A stretch of DNA of 64,000 nucleotides. Source: Lama guanicoe (taxonomy: Eukaryota). Location: contig MU053934.1 of NCBI GenBank assembly GCA_013239625.1, forward strand, positions 3,118,399 to 3,182,398, in the 5' to 3' direction. The notes beneath the pieces are model-generated. The model did not search any database. It was given only the letters and a program-made list of their open reading frames with translations, and was not told the DNA's origin. Positions within the stretch are counted from its first letter, which is position 1; the number at the start of each line of letters is the position of its first letter. Below, piece by piece: positions 1-12,530 of the stretch. The position numbers and the translations under genes were made by a program.

Positions 1-321
1 CGGGGGTGTGACCCTGAGCTGTTATCCCCCAACCCCCGCAGCAAGCTGAGTCCAGCTCTCCCTCTTATCTGATCCAGCCCGCTTCTCCTGGCCCCACCAA
101 ACCGTCCCATCCCCGGCTCCAGCGCTCTCTGGACCTTTACCTCTGTGCCAGAGATCACGAGCTGCCTGCTTTCCCCAACTCTACTCTGCCGGGCTGCCCC
201 CACCCTCCAGTGCCGAGGGCTCAGTGTGACTTATTTCCCCTCCCTGTCACAGGGGTGCAGGCTCTGCAGCAGCTGGTACAGAACTGAGCAACTCTGTAGG
301 GAAGGCAAAGAGGGTGGGGTG

Positions 322-750
322 CAGGACTGGCCGCATACTGGGCAGGGCCCGATGCAAAACAAAAATGCAGGGCCCCGTGTTCAAACATTTAAGAATTTCA
401 GTATATGGTAAACTGACTATACCTTAATTAAAAAAAACTTACTAAAAAAAGAATTTCAGTATGTACAAAGTAGATAAACAAAGAGGTCCTACTGGATAGC
501 ACAGAGAACTATATTCAATATCTTGTAATAATTAATAATGAGAAAGAATATATATATATGTATAGCTGAATCACTATGCTGTACACCGGAAACACAACAT
601 TGTACATCAACTATACTTCAGTAAAAAAAAGCAAACAAATAAAAAACAACACCAACAAGAGAGAATTTCAGGATGGGGACATTAGAGCATTAAACCAAGT
701 GCAGGACCCTTCAGACTGCGGGGTGCTCTGCCCACCCAGAAGCTGGCCCT
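322..750 (-). mobile_element. MER45A-like hAT-Tip100 DNA transposon fossil split by L1 insertions
   Basis: TIR-like CAGGACTGGC (322) and GCTGGCCCT (742); internal GCAGGGCCCC..TTCAA..AAGAATTTCA|GATGG..AGAGCATTAAACCAAG resembles recalled MER45A consensus. Confidence 0.65.
402..661 (+). mobile_element. Two stacked 5'-truncated L1 3' ends with A-rich tails
   Basis: Cetartiodactyl-type L1 3'UTR (GTCCTACTGGATAGCACAGAGAACTATATTCAATATCTTGTAATA...TCAACTATACTTCA + A tail); AGAATTTCAG repeated at 392, 450 and 662. Confidence 0.8.
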
Positions 751-2566
751 CTCCCCGGCTCAACTCCTTAGAGTCCTGTCTGTCCGTCTGCAGTGTTGCC
801 CAGGACAACCAAATCCACTTGGGGCCACCAGGGGCCAGTCTCTCCAGGTTGCTGAGAGCAACTGGCCCTACCCCGGCCCCTCTAGTCCTGCCATCTTGCA
901 CCCAGAGAACTCGCCTCCCCTCTCCCTGCACAGAGAAGGCGCCCAGGCAATGAGCGCAGCGTCTCTCAGCCCAACACCGCCTCTTAAAGAAAGGGAAACT
1001 GAGGCTCGGAGAAGGGAAGCCATTGGTCTAAGGTTTTTGAGTCAGGGGGGTCTCTAGCCCTGCTGTGACAGGCAGAGACAGGAGCACAGGCAGTGCCAGC
1101 ACAGGCCTGGTGACGATGACCTTCTGCAGGACCTGCCTCCCTTCCCTCGGCGCTGGAAGGTGCTGAGAAATGTTTGATGGCTGACGGTGAGTGTGCAGAT
1201 AAGGGCAGGCGTGGGGAGGGGCCCTGGTGCCAGGCCACTTGGGAAGCTGGGAACTGAACTGGGGCAGGAATCAGTTTTCCCAGGCTTCCTACTCAGGTTT
1301 CTCTGCCCCCTTCCTGGCTGCCTGCCGTTCTCCTTCCTCGGGCTGGGGTCCCTGAGGCAACTGAAGCCTGGATCAGTGTCCCGGGGAGATTTGTAAGTAG
1401 AGGGAGCCCAGCCCACCTAGGGGACAGGCCCCCGAGCTGCTGTGAACCTCAGCTTACCCCACGGGCACCCTGGGTATAAAAACACCCATCTCCCGTGAGG
1501 TCAAACGAGGTGACCTGTGTGTGACATTTCATCCAGGTCCTAGCACACAGTAGGTACTCAATGATGGTAGCTGTGATATATCCTTCTAGGGCCTCTCCAT
1601 GAAGTTCAATTCAGGTTAACTCAAAACACGTGGATCGTGTATAAGACAAAGTGTAGATTACACTGTGCATAAGACACTCTCCTAAGACAGTGGGAAGACC
1701 TGAAAAGAACCAAGCACGGCCCCTGCCTTCCAGCAGCTCATGGTCTTGGGAAAGATCAGACAAAGTCACTCTGGGGAATAAGAGACTCCCTCCAGCTGGA
1801 TCAGAAAGGCTTCCTGGAGGAGGGGGCATGTGAGCTCTTAGACATGTGGACGTGGGAAGGAAAGGCCCTCCAGGCAGAGGGAACAGCTGGAGCAAAGGCC
1901 CTGAGGTAGAAATGCCCAGGGAGTGTTTGGTGACCAGGAGGCGGGAAGCAGACAGAACAGGAAGTGAAGTGCTGAGCCCTGAAGCCAGAGAAGGTCCCAT
2001 AGAGCCTTGAACGCCGAGCTACAGAGCTGGGGGGCTGTCCTGAGAGGGATGGGGGCCCGCTGAGCATTGGTGAGGGAGGGACTGGTGCTTGCGGTTTACC
2101 CTTCCCTGAGTCTGACACCCACGTCCTCCTACGAACAGACCCGTCAGGTGACAGCCCTGCCTCCACACCCAACACGAGGTCAGGCCTCCGATTGGCCTCC
2201 AGGAGGCACTGCCCTTTCCCCCGGGACACGCGTGTGCCCCACTTCGGCTCTCTGTGTCAAGGCCCTCAATTACCTCCTCCTCCACCCACCCCACCCCTAT
2301 CCTGCCACTCCTCCGACCCAGCCCCTCTTCCACCCTGCGCTGCCTCAGGCCAGCGCTCCGCTCCCCTGGGAGCCCTCGGCGATCATCTGGCTTTGGTTAC
2401 TGGATCAGCAGGCAGCTGTGCCGGGCACAGACTGGTTGTGGCACGACCCCAAGTGCCCATGCACGCACGCCTGGCACATAGGAAGTGCCTGAAAAGGGTG
2501 GGCTTGGTGATGCATGTCCCCCCCACCCCCCGTCCTCTGAAGCAGCCAGCCCGCCCTCAGAACTCA

Positions 2567-2722
<156 letters not shown>

Positions 2723-4551
2723 CTAGCCTGGTCCTCAGGGAAGACCCAAGCCCTCCCCTCTGGGCCTCAGTGTCCCCATCTGAGACTCCCTGTATCCTTC
2801 TTCTCACACCTGGGAGTCAGAAGACTTCTCTGGGGTGTTCACTAAAGGGCAGACTTCGGGGTCCTACCCCTGAGACTCTGGATCATGGGTGTGGGGTGGA
2901 GCTGGGAATCTGTATTTTTAATAGGCTGTCCCCAGGTGACATGGATGTGGGCCAAAGGGTTAAGAGCATGGGGTGCCAGGAGGCCAGCTGCAATGGACAA
3001 GGCCGCAGGCCCCTGGTGCCTGACCAGGGTGCTGCCATCACTCCCCTGGGATTCAGATCCCTGTTTCACCACCTACCCAGTAGTGGTACAACCTTAGGCA
3101 AGTCACTTAACCTCCCTATGCCTCAGGAATCAGAGAGACCAGGGTTCAAATCCCGTGAAGTCTTGGCAAATGACTTAACTTCTTTGAGCCTCAGTTTTCC
3201 CACCTGTAAAATGGGCCTAATATTAGGCTTGGTGGGAAGAGAAAATGTGACTCAGACCAGGGTCTGACACATAGTACTAAATTAGGGATGGCCGCCATTA
3301 TCTGCGCTGTCTTCACCCTCAGCCTGCTGGGCTGGGAGGGGGTGCAGGTAGCTCTGGGCCTTCCCCTGCTCCACCAGGTTTTGTCACTTCCTGCTCAGAG
3401 GGGGCTGGCCCCCTCTCCTCCTCACCCCTCCCCAGGGCCTGCCACCAAGGTAACTTTGAACAACTGGAACGTTGCCCTTGGCTTCCGCCCTCCCCTCTTC
3501 AGATCAGATACAAAGCAGAAGTGAGCGGGGCTGGGCAGGCGGGCAGATAACGGGCAGCCATGCATCAGAATCAGCTGAGGCCTGCCTGATAAACCAGCCC
3601 GCCCCAGGACAGGAAAATCGAGTCTCAAGGCCTCAGGCTGCCCCTCTGTAGGATGATAGGGCTGGATAAGAGGCCTGTCCAGCTGGAACACGCTGGGGTG
3701 CCAGGGCTGCACCTACAGGAAACCCCAGGAGGTACCTGGGGGCTGGACCCTAAGACAGCGTTGCTGGCCAGGCTGGAGAGGCTGGAGAGATTAGCATATT
3801 GAACCTGTCATTTTACAGATGAGGAAACTGAGGTCTGTAGCGGGACACGACAACCTGAGGTTGTCCCTGAGATCTGACAGCTGAGTAGGCCCCTCAGCCC
3901 AGCCTGGCCCGCACTGACCCCCACAGTCACCCTCCCGCCCCCTCCCCCCTTCTTAGCTCTGTGTCCCGTGCCCCTCCCCCTTCTGCTCCTCATCCCCCAC
4001 ACATCCTCCCCAGCCAGGCAGGCTGACGTTAGGAGGCCACCTTTATTGAGTATGTGTGTGCATGCAGGACAACCGCTCCGAGCATCTCAAGTGACACCAC
4101 ATCAACCCTGAGAGCATGGACCTCTTCCCAGACTGCCAAGCTGAGGTTCAGAGAGGCAGTGTGACTTGCCTAAGGCCACACAGCAGTGCAAGTCAGTAAC
4201 TAAAGCCAATAACTAAAGCCCAGGTCAGCCTGGGGACCCACCCTCACTAGCATCCACAGAGTAGAAGACTTGAGGATCCAGGAGAGAGGGGCCCCAGGCA
4301 CCCCCAACCACAGTCCTTGTACCCTCCACCTAGGCAGGTTCTGGGGTGAGATAGGCAGCAACAGTGGAGCTGTTCTCAGCTCACCCCCGGGGTTCTCTCT
4401 GGGCCCTGAGAGAAAAAGGGAGCCCTTCCTCCAGCTGCCTCCCAGGGACTCCTATATCTGCAGGGCAGGGGGCTTCCCCAGAGTTGCCCGGGGCGGGGGT
4501 CTCAGGGTTACCCCAGGAGGGAGCTGTGTGCAAGTCCAGCCAGGTACCTAC

Positions 4552-4586
4552 CCATCTCCCACCACCACACACTTGATGGCCTGCAT
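4552..4586 (-). CDS. RAC2: RAC2 coding exon 1 (Rac family small GTPase 2), MQAIKCVVVGDG
   Basis: Minus strand ATGCAGGCCATCAAGTGTGTGGTGGTGGGAGATGG|GTAGGT: 35-nt first coding exon typical of Rac genes, GT donor at 4551-4550. RAC2 rather than RAC1/3 is inferred from adjacency to CYTH4 (known synteny). Confidence 0.96.
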
Positions 4587-4900
4587 CGTGTCCGAGGCCT
4601 GGGGGGCGGTGGTGGTGACAGTTCGGGGCACGGAGCGTTTCTGCAGGCACCGGGGGTGATGAGAGCCTGGACAGGCGCCCTGACCGAGGAGCAGCAGCAG
4701 CGAGACAGAAGGCAGGAGGAAGCGGAAGGGGAACTTACCCAAGCTGCTGCCCCCACGGCCGTTTGCAGAAGGCGGAGCATGTGGTCTGGCAGAACAGCTC
4801 AAGGGTGGGGTGGCCCTCAGGTGCTGGGCTGGGCTGGGCCACCCCCACAGGCATCCTGGCTCTGGAGCACCAGCGGGAGACTCACTTCCATGGATGAGGC
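4587..4900 (-). promoter_or_regulatory. RAC2: RAC2 5'UTR and TATA-less proximal promoter
   Basis: CpG-enriched sequence upstream of the ATG; tandem ETS cores GGAAGCGGAAG (4718-4728) and PU.1-like GGGGAACT (4728-4735); no TATA box seen. TSS cannot be fixed from sequence. Confidence 0.6.
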
Positions 4901-6214
4901 CAGAGTTGTTCTCCAAGAACTTGAGGCTTCCAAGAATTTAGTTCTAAGCAATAAGCATTTAATGAGCACCTACTGTGTGCCAGGTACGGTATCAGGTGCC
5001 GATTAGTCCAGGATGCAGGAATTATAGCCGGTCCCTTGGGAGGATACAAGCTCATCACAGGTGTCCACAAAACAAGGCAGGAAGTGATGGGGGACCACGG
5101 AGGACTGACAGGGAGGGGACCTCAGAGTTACACAGAGGGTGAGCTGGGGCCTGCGAGGTGGCATTTAAGCCAGCACTTGAAAGCTGGGGTCAGAGAGAGG
5201 GCACTCCAGAAGGGATTCTGAGCAAGTCAGAGGGGTCAGTGGGGGTCCCCTGAGTGTGGAAGGATGGGAGAGACACAGGGGGAGGGTGATGAGGCAGGAA
5301 GGGACTGAGTGGGGGGTTGTGTGCACTGATGGAGAAGGGGAAATAGAAGGGAAGTGGCAGGCAGTGCCCCATGCCAGCCCGGCCCTCCACTGGAGGCAGC
5401 CCTGGGGACCAGGCACACTTGCTCAGGAACCATGTCCATTTTAACGATGCTAAAACGGGATCTGAGAAGTCAGTTGATTCACTAGACTTGCCCAGGCTGA
5501 AATCAACTCCGGGGCCAAGTGACTCCCAACTCTTCTGTCACCCCAGCTGCCATCTGGGGGACAAAGCCTGAGTTCTGCAGTCAGGTGGGGAGGGCGAGTG
5601 CCCCTCCTCAGCCACAGGGAGACTCCAGATCTGAGCGGGCACTGTGTCTCCGCAGGGGGCTCCAAGTTCACCCAGCTCTTACTCTTCGCTGCCATGGCTC
5701 CCCCATGCCCAGCACCCTTCCGGTTCCAAGGATGAGGGGTGAGGAGGGGATGGACAGAGCCGCTGGTCACCCACCCCAGACTCCCTCAGGACAAACTGGG
5801 ACACTGGCAGGAGAGTGTGGAGCGCTGGGTGTGCTGGGCGGCCAGTGCCCCTCCCACTCCCCATGGTGGGAGCACCCGAGCCCAGCCTTCCCAGAGCTTC
5901 CACACAAGCTGCAGGGTTTGCAGAAAGGGAAATGCTGCCTCCCCAAGGACCTGCTCCAACATTTGGCAAGCCAGTGATTAAGATCTGACAATAATTTTGA
6001 TGTGTTTGTTCTGAGCTTTGCATGGGCTGAGCAGAAATAGTGGGGAGCACTTCACAGCGCCTGGCCAGGGTCAGGAGGCCAAGTGTCCCCTTGGTGACCC
6101 ACCTGGGTGCCTCACAGGCCACCTAAGGTCTTGTTCTGTTCCCCCCTCCCCCCGCATCCACATTCTTTTTTCCAACCACTGTGATCCCGTAAGGGCAACC
6201 TCTGTGTTAATCTA

Positions 6215-6505
6215 ACAAAAACAATATACTAAGTGCAATGTGGGATCCAGGATTGGATCCTGGAACAGGAGTCAGTGAGAAAAGTAGTGAAGTCCAAGAC
6301 AAATCTAAAATTAGAGAACGGTATTGTACCAAGGTTAATGTCTTCGTTTTGATAAATGCACTCTGGTTATGTAAATGCTGTGAATATAGGGGAAACTGGG
6401 TGAAGGATATCATGAGCTCTCTTATTGTCCTTGAAATTTTTCTGTAAATCTGAAACTATTCCAAAATAAGGTGTTCATTAAAAAAAAAAGGAAAAGAAAA
6501 AAGAA
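6215..6505 (+). mobile_element. Old L1 (L1MC-like) 3' end fragment
   Basis: TGCAATGTGGGATCC..GGATCCTGGAACAG..GGGAAACTGGGTGAAGG..TTTTCTGTAAATCTGAAACTATTCCAAAATAA then A tail. Confidence 0.65.
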
Positions 6506-7969
6506 TAATGCACCTCTTTGGGAAGACACAGCCAATGAATATGGTCACATGACTTGCTAAGGGATATATGTACTGGATTTTATTCCCCATTAGCCGCCTG
6601 GGGTGGAGATTCCTTGTGCAGTAAACAACCTACCCAACCGTACACAGCCACGACAGCCTTAGAAATGCACCTGCCCTCCATCTTGAGAAGGCCACTATCC
6701 AGGAGAGCCCAAGAAAAATTCTCGCTGACTTACAGCCACCAGACTCCTTCCTTCATTCTGCATGCACTGATTATGCACCACTTGAAGATCTAGCTCTGGG
6801 CTTGGCACTGCAGTGGTTACAAAACAAGGAAGACCAGAAGCTGCCCCTGAAGAACTCGTGACCTGTAAGGAGAGCTACATAGGGGCCTGTGGGCTCACAG
6901 GACATCTTGGGATCTGCAGGTGGCCCTCAGGCTGTGAGGAGAGGCCAGGGTCAGGAGGGGAACAAGATGGGGAGGGAGGCTGGATGACAGCAGCTGGTGG
7001 CTGCAGGGCTGGAAGGATAGTAGCAATCTCAGGGTGCTTCTAGCACAGCGACCGCTGCTCTCAGCCCTGGTCAGTGGTGGCTCTGTTTTCTTTTTTTTAA
7101 GTTTTAAAAAGTCGTTCGTTGAAGTAGAACTTACATTCAGTAAAATTCACCCCAAAATTTGACACATGCAATCACCACCATAATCAAAGTATAGAACAGT
7201 TCTTCAAAAGTCCCCCAAGCCCTTTGCAAACAAACTCCTCCCTGATCTTTAGGAACCCATAGATCTGTCAAAGGGACCAAATTTAATCATTAGAATGATC
7301 TATTATAGAAAAAACTGTAAGCACATAAAGATTTTAAGAGGATTCCTTGGAACATGTAATCTTTAAAACAGTCAAAAGAAATGGGACTTAAAATTAAAGT
7401 GGTTGACAAAGTTGACTTACGGTAGTTGTAACTACATCAACCCAGTTACTGTGTCAAGCTTCAGGCTGGGGCTGGTTGGAAGAAAAATGATTTTAAATGA
7501 TAGAATTGAATTCTACAGACATTTTTTATGGGGCAGATATATGCTGTTACAGATACTTGGCACCTTTCCAAAAGTTCACCCCTGCTACCGCCATGAAAGG
7601 GACAAAGAAAGCCAAAACCTTTATTCCGTATAAGCCAGTCATCACATGTTCAAACACACCTTATCTTCTTGAAAAGCTTCTTTCAAGCGCCAGCCCTGAA
7701 GTTTGTCAGCATCTTGAACTGGGGCCGAGCCATGCACCGTGGCTCTATTATTCCCCCATTTTACAGATGAGGAAACCGAGGCCCAGAGAGGCTCATGGAC
7801 TTGTCCAGATGACACACCTGTAGCCACCACACTGGAAGTAAATATAGGTTTCCTTATTCAATACCCTCATTTCACAGATGCGGAAACTGAGGCCCATGTC
7901 TCTGAGACCAAAGCCAAGATGCAACAGCCCTGGACTCCTGTCCAGTCCTCTTCACTGTTTCTTTTTCTT

Positions 7970-10900
7970 CTTCTTAAAAAATATCTGTATTATGATATAG
8001 TTTATAGACAATAAATGAATCCATTTAAAGTGTACAGTTCCATTTGTTTGCACAGAAATACACACCCATGAAACCTCCATCACCGTCAAGATGCAGAACA
8101 TCCCAGAACACTCCTACTGCCGTGGAAAGTTTCCTCACACCCCTGCTCAGCCCACCCACCCCACCCCCACCCTCACCCCCTCACACAGCAGCTCTGGTCT
8201 GCTTTCCGTCATGACAGATGACTTTGCATCTTCTGAAATTTCACATAAATGGAATCACACGCATGCAGCCTCTTGCACTCGGCATGTTTCTGAGGCCCCT
8301 CTGTGCTGTTGCGTGCGCCGTGGTCCATCCCCTTTCATTAGTGAGCAGCGTTCCGTCCAGGGATGTGTCACAGTTTGGTTATTCATCCAGTCCTATCTTC
8401 CTTTAATCACACTTTGCCAGCTCACTGAATCACAGAAGCACGGGGCCTCTGGGCATGCGTGGAAGGATCGTAAAGGCCATCGTTATCCAACCCTGCCTTT
8501 GTACCATTGGTATCCAACACTTGGTTCACTGCCCACAAAGCAGCTGCCCAGCCCTTGCTCACATATCTCCAATGATGGGGAACTCATTCCCTTAGAAGAC
8601 AGTCTCTTCCATCCTTGGGCAGCTGGGCCTGTTGGAACACCCTTCCTCATTTTCAGCCAAATCCGCCTCCCTAGACTGTGCCCACAGAGGTCTTCTCATC
8701 CAGAGGCCACTCAGATCAGTCAGCCCCCTCCTTCCCACCACGGGCCTCAGGGTTCAGAAGCACAGGCTCCACCAAGGAGTGTGCTGGTAAATGTTTAACT
8801 GACAGCTCCAGTTCAGTTATTTTTGCTTGTGTGTAATATCACATGATATGAATATACCAAAATGCATTTCTCCAATCTCCTGTTGATGGATATGCATGAG
8901 GCTGGCGATGTTTGCTTTACAAACAGTTCTGTTGCAAATATTTGTGGACTCCTGGAGCGGACGGGTGAGGTTTTTCTAGAAGTGGGACAGCAGAGCTGCA
9001 GGACACGCACATCTTGCACCTGAATATAGACTGAGAAGTCATTCTTCAGGGGTCCTCGCGGTCCATACCCTCGCCCACGCTTGGCCTCATAAGGCTTTAT
9101 ACGTGAGTGAATTGGCATCTCGTGGTTTTCATTTACATTAACTTCTTTCTGGTGATGTCGAGCAGTTTTGCAAGTATCTACTGCATGTTGGTGTTTCCTG
9201 TTCCATAAATTGTCTCTTTTGTTCGCTTCTCTCCTCTCTGATACTTCTTTGGAGTCCTTTTTATATTCTGATTTCCAAACTCAAATTTGTCATATGTGTT
9301 ACAAATCTTTTTTTCCAGTCTTTGGGATGTCTTTTAATCAACTGGGACTTTTAGTACACAGAATTTTCATTTGAACGTCATCTAATTTAAATTTCTCCCC
9401 TAATGACCTGTGCTTCTGGATTGAGTCTTGCTTACGAAGTCCTTCCCTACTTCCAAGTTTATAAAGATGTGTTACTACATTTTCTTCTATGGCTTTTAAA
9501 GTTTCGTTTTCCATAATATTCAGGTCTTTACACACTTGGGATGGACTTTAAGGCATGGTAAGATAGGAGTTCTTCAGTTTTTGTGAGAGTCAAGATTTAA
9601 TTTTATCGTGTCCATGACCAATTTTTCCAGAACCATTTATTGAGGAGCGCTGCCTGCCTTTTCCCCAGTGAGCCAAGCTGTCTCACGGCAAGTGTGTCTA
9701 TACATGTGGGAGTCTATTCTCAGCTTCTCCTCTGTCTATTGGTCTATTTGTCCACCCTGAGCCTGCACAATGCCGCCTTAATAACCAAAATTCCATGTCA
9801 GGTCTCTACATCCGGCAGGGCAAATTCTCCTCTCTTGAACTTTTTCACGGCTGTTACAATTGTCACAGACCGTTTTCTCTTTCGTATCAGTTTTAGAATC
9901 AGCTTGTCAAGTTCCAAGAAAAACTCTGTCAGAATTCTGATTAGAATTCTGTTCAATTTATGGACGAATTTGGGGAAAATTGACATCTCTGTAATATTCA
10001 GTCTTCCTATCCCTTAACATGTCATATTTCTTCTATCTTTCAATAAAACTTTATAATTTCCCCCCAAGAAAGGTCATGCACATTTTTCATAAGATTTATT
10101 CCTTGATACCTTATTACTTTCAGTGCCACTGTAACTAATACCTTCTTAAATTGCATCTTCTGTTGCTTAAATGTAGGAAAATGTCAAACGTTGCAGATTG
10201 GACTTAAAAATATGGCCACCTGGATGGAAATTCTTATTATAACTTATCTAGAGAGTTTGCTACTAACAAGTCTCAGACTGTCTTTGTAGACACTCTTATC
10301 TGTGGAAAATGACAGCTTTATTTCTTCCTTCTTTGGCTGGTTTATAACATACTTTATAACGTACTTCCTTGGGTGGATAGAATCAGTGATGGCGAGCATC
10401 TTTGCATATTTCTGATTTTAAAAAGAATGCTTCCAGTGTTTTAACATCTAATATAATGTAGACTCTTAGCAGATATTATTATCAATTAAAGAAGGTTGCA
10501 TGCTGTTTTTAGTAGCAACAGCTCTGTTTTGATCATAAGTGTTTGATTTTATTAAATGCTTTTTTTTTTTCCTGTATCTATGGAGATGCTGTGAACAACA
10601 TTAATACATTCCCTACTGTTCACTTACCCGTGTGTTCCTGCTTAAACCTAACTTAGTCACTGTGGGGAATGCTGCTGATTGTCCCCCAGCAGCCATTCTC
10701 CACTTCTTTTTTTTAAGAACAGAGCTCCAAGACTAGCAGCCAGCCCCACACTCACCCGGCTGAAGACCACATCTCTCAGTGTCCCTGGTAGCAAGGTGTG
10801 GCCCCATGATTACATGGGGAGAAAGAATGGAAGTGGTGAGTGCAACTTCCATTGTCATCTCCTTAAAGGCTATGCCCCATGTCCTGTACATCTTTTTCCC

Positions 10901-12530
10901 TCCCCGCTGGTTAGGAAGTAGAAATTCTGGTGCAATCCTGGATGTTGGGGGATCCACTCACCTCTGGATGTGAGAGAGAAATACACCTTGTCTTCTTTAA
11001 GCCACTGAGTTTTGGGGCCTTTTTGTTACAGCAGCTTAAAGGATACCCTGACAAACGCAGTCATGGTGATTGCCTTTTATACACTGCTGGCTTCAAATCA
11101 CCAATATTGATGGGGGGGTCCCCATGTTCATCAGTGAGACTGGCTAGTAATTTTCCTTTCTCACCTCGTCTTTGTCTTTTGGGGGGGGTCAAAGTTAGAC
11201 TAGTTTCATTAAATGAGTTGATGTAACTTCTTCCTATTTTTAGAGAAGTTTGGATAATGTGGAATTATCTCCTCCTCGAATATTTTGTAATATTTGTAAA
11301 GCCATCTGGGCTTGGTTTTGGATTATGTGGGAGGAAGCAGTGGTAGACTTTAAACTACTAAACCAATTTCTTTAATGGATATAAGACTATTTGGAATTTC
11401 TATTACTTCTTGAGTCACCTTTTATATATTTTTATAAAAATATTTAATGCGTTTTTCTATTTTGCTTGGTTTTTCAAATTTACTGATATAAAGCTACTCT
11501 GGTATTACTTTATATCTTTTTAATCTCTACTTTATAATTTCTGTTATATCTCTTCCTTTCATCTTATATTGACTATTTTTGCCTCCAATCTTTGTTCTTA
11601 ACCGCCCCCCAAGTCTGTTAACTTTATTAATCTTTTCAAAGAACCAACTCTGGGTTTTATTTATCCTTCCTCCTGTATAATCTTTCCACTTAATTTCTGT
11701 TATTATCTTTATTATTTATTTTCTTTTTTCCTTAGGGTTTATTCTATCATTCTGATTTTACTGCTCAGTTTTGAGTGCTTTGTTCATGAATTTGCAGCCT
11801 TGTTTTATTACTAATATTAGCTCTTAAGGCAATAAATTTTCCTCAAATATTAGTTTAGCTGCAACTTATAGTTTTTTTTTTAATTGTGGTAAAATATACA
11901 TAAAATTTACCCCAGCTTACAGTTTTGATACGTGATATTTTATCATGCTTTAGTTCTAAGCATCTTAAGATTTTCATTAGTGTTTTTGATCAATGAGTTA
12001 TTTGAAAGTGTGCTATTAATTTCCAAATGCTGGGGGAAAAGATCGTTATCTTTTTTTTTTACTGTTTCCTTAATGGTATTTTCATCAAAGCACATGGATT
12101 GCATCAAACTGATTCATTTAAATTTGCTGAGACTTGCTTTATGCAGAACCTAGCACGAGGTTCGTTGTTTTCATTAATGTGCAGATATTCGGAATTCCAT
12201 GCCTGTCTGACGAATCAAAGATGTTAACTTTGCTGCTTAAATCTTTTATATCATTACAAATTGTTTTTATTTGTCTCACTTGATCTGTCAGCTCCTGAGA
12301 AAGGTATGTTAACTCTCCCACGATGATGGTGAACATGTCAGTTCTCCTTATAATTGTCGCTTTTGATTTTTGCTTTATGAATCTTTGGGCTATATCATCA
12401 AATGCCTATAACTTCAGAATTAATATATCTTCATAACAATTTTAACCTTTTATTAAAATAATAGGCAACATTTTCTAAGTCTTTGCTTGTAGTCTAAGAT
12501 CTGGCACAGATTTAGCACTTCATAAATTGT
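7970..12530 (-). mobile_element. Ancient fragmented L1 (L1M) ORF2/3' region, interrupted by other elements
   Basis: T-rich block; minus-strand ORF 9798-9986 (SIFPKFVHKLNRILIRILTEFFLELDKLILKLI) resembles L1 ORF2. Boundaries approximate. Confidence 0.75.
10661..11059 (+). mobile_element. MaLR (MLT1-type) solo LTR inserted in the old L1
   Basis: TG...CA termini, 5-bp TSD GTCAC (10656-10660) / GTCAT (11060-11064), typical 3' end TTTAAGCCACTG..TTTTGTTACAGCAGC. Confidence 0.7.

Noticed and set aside
4587..4916. Open frame extending RAC2 110 codons upstream
   Set aside because: Starts at TTG, has no in-frame ATG, and probably extends beyond the TSS; no support for an N-terminal extension.
8091..8798. 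235-aa plus-strand ORF
   Set aside because: Runs through antisense L1 and other repeat remnants; no splice structure or recognisable protein.
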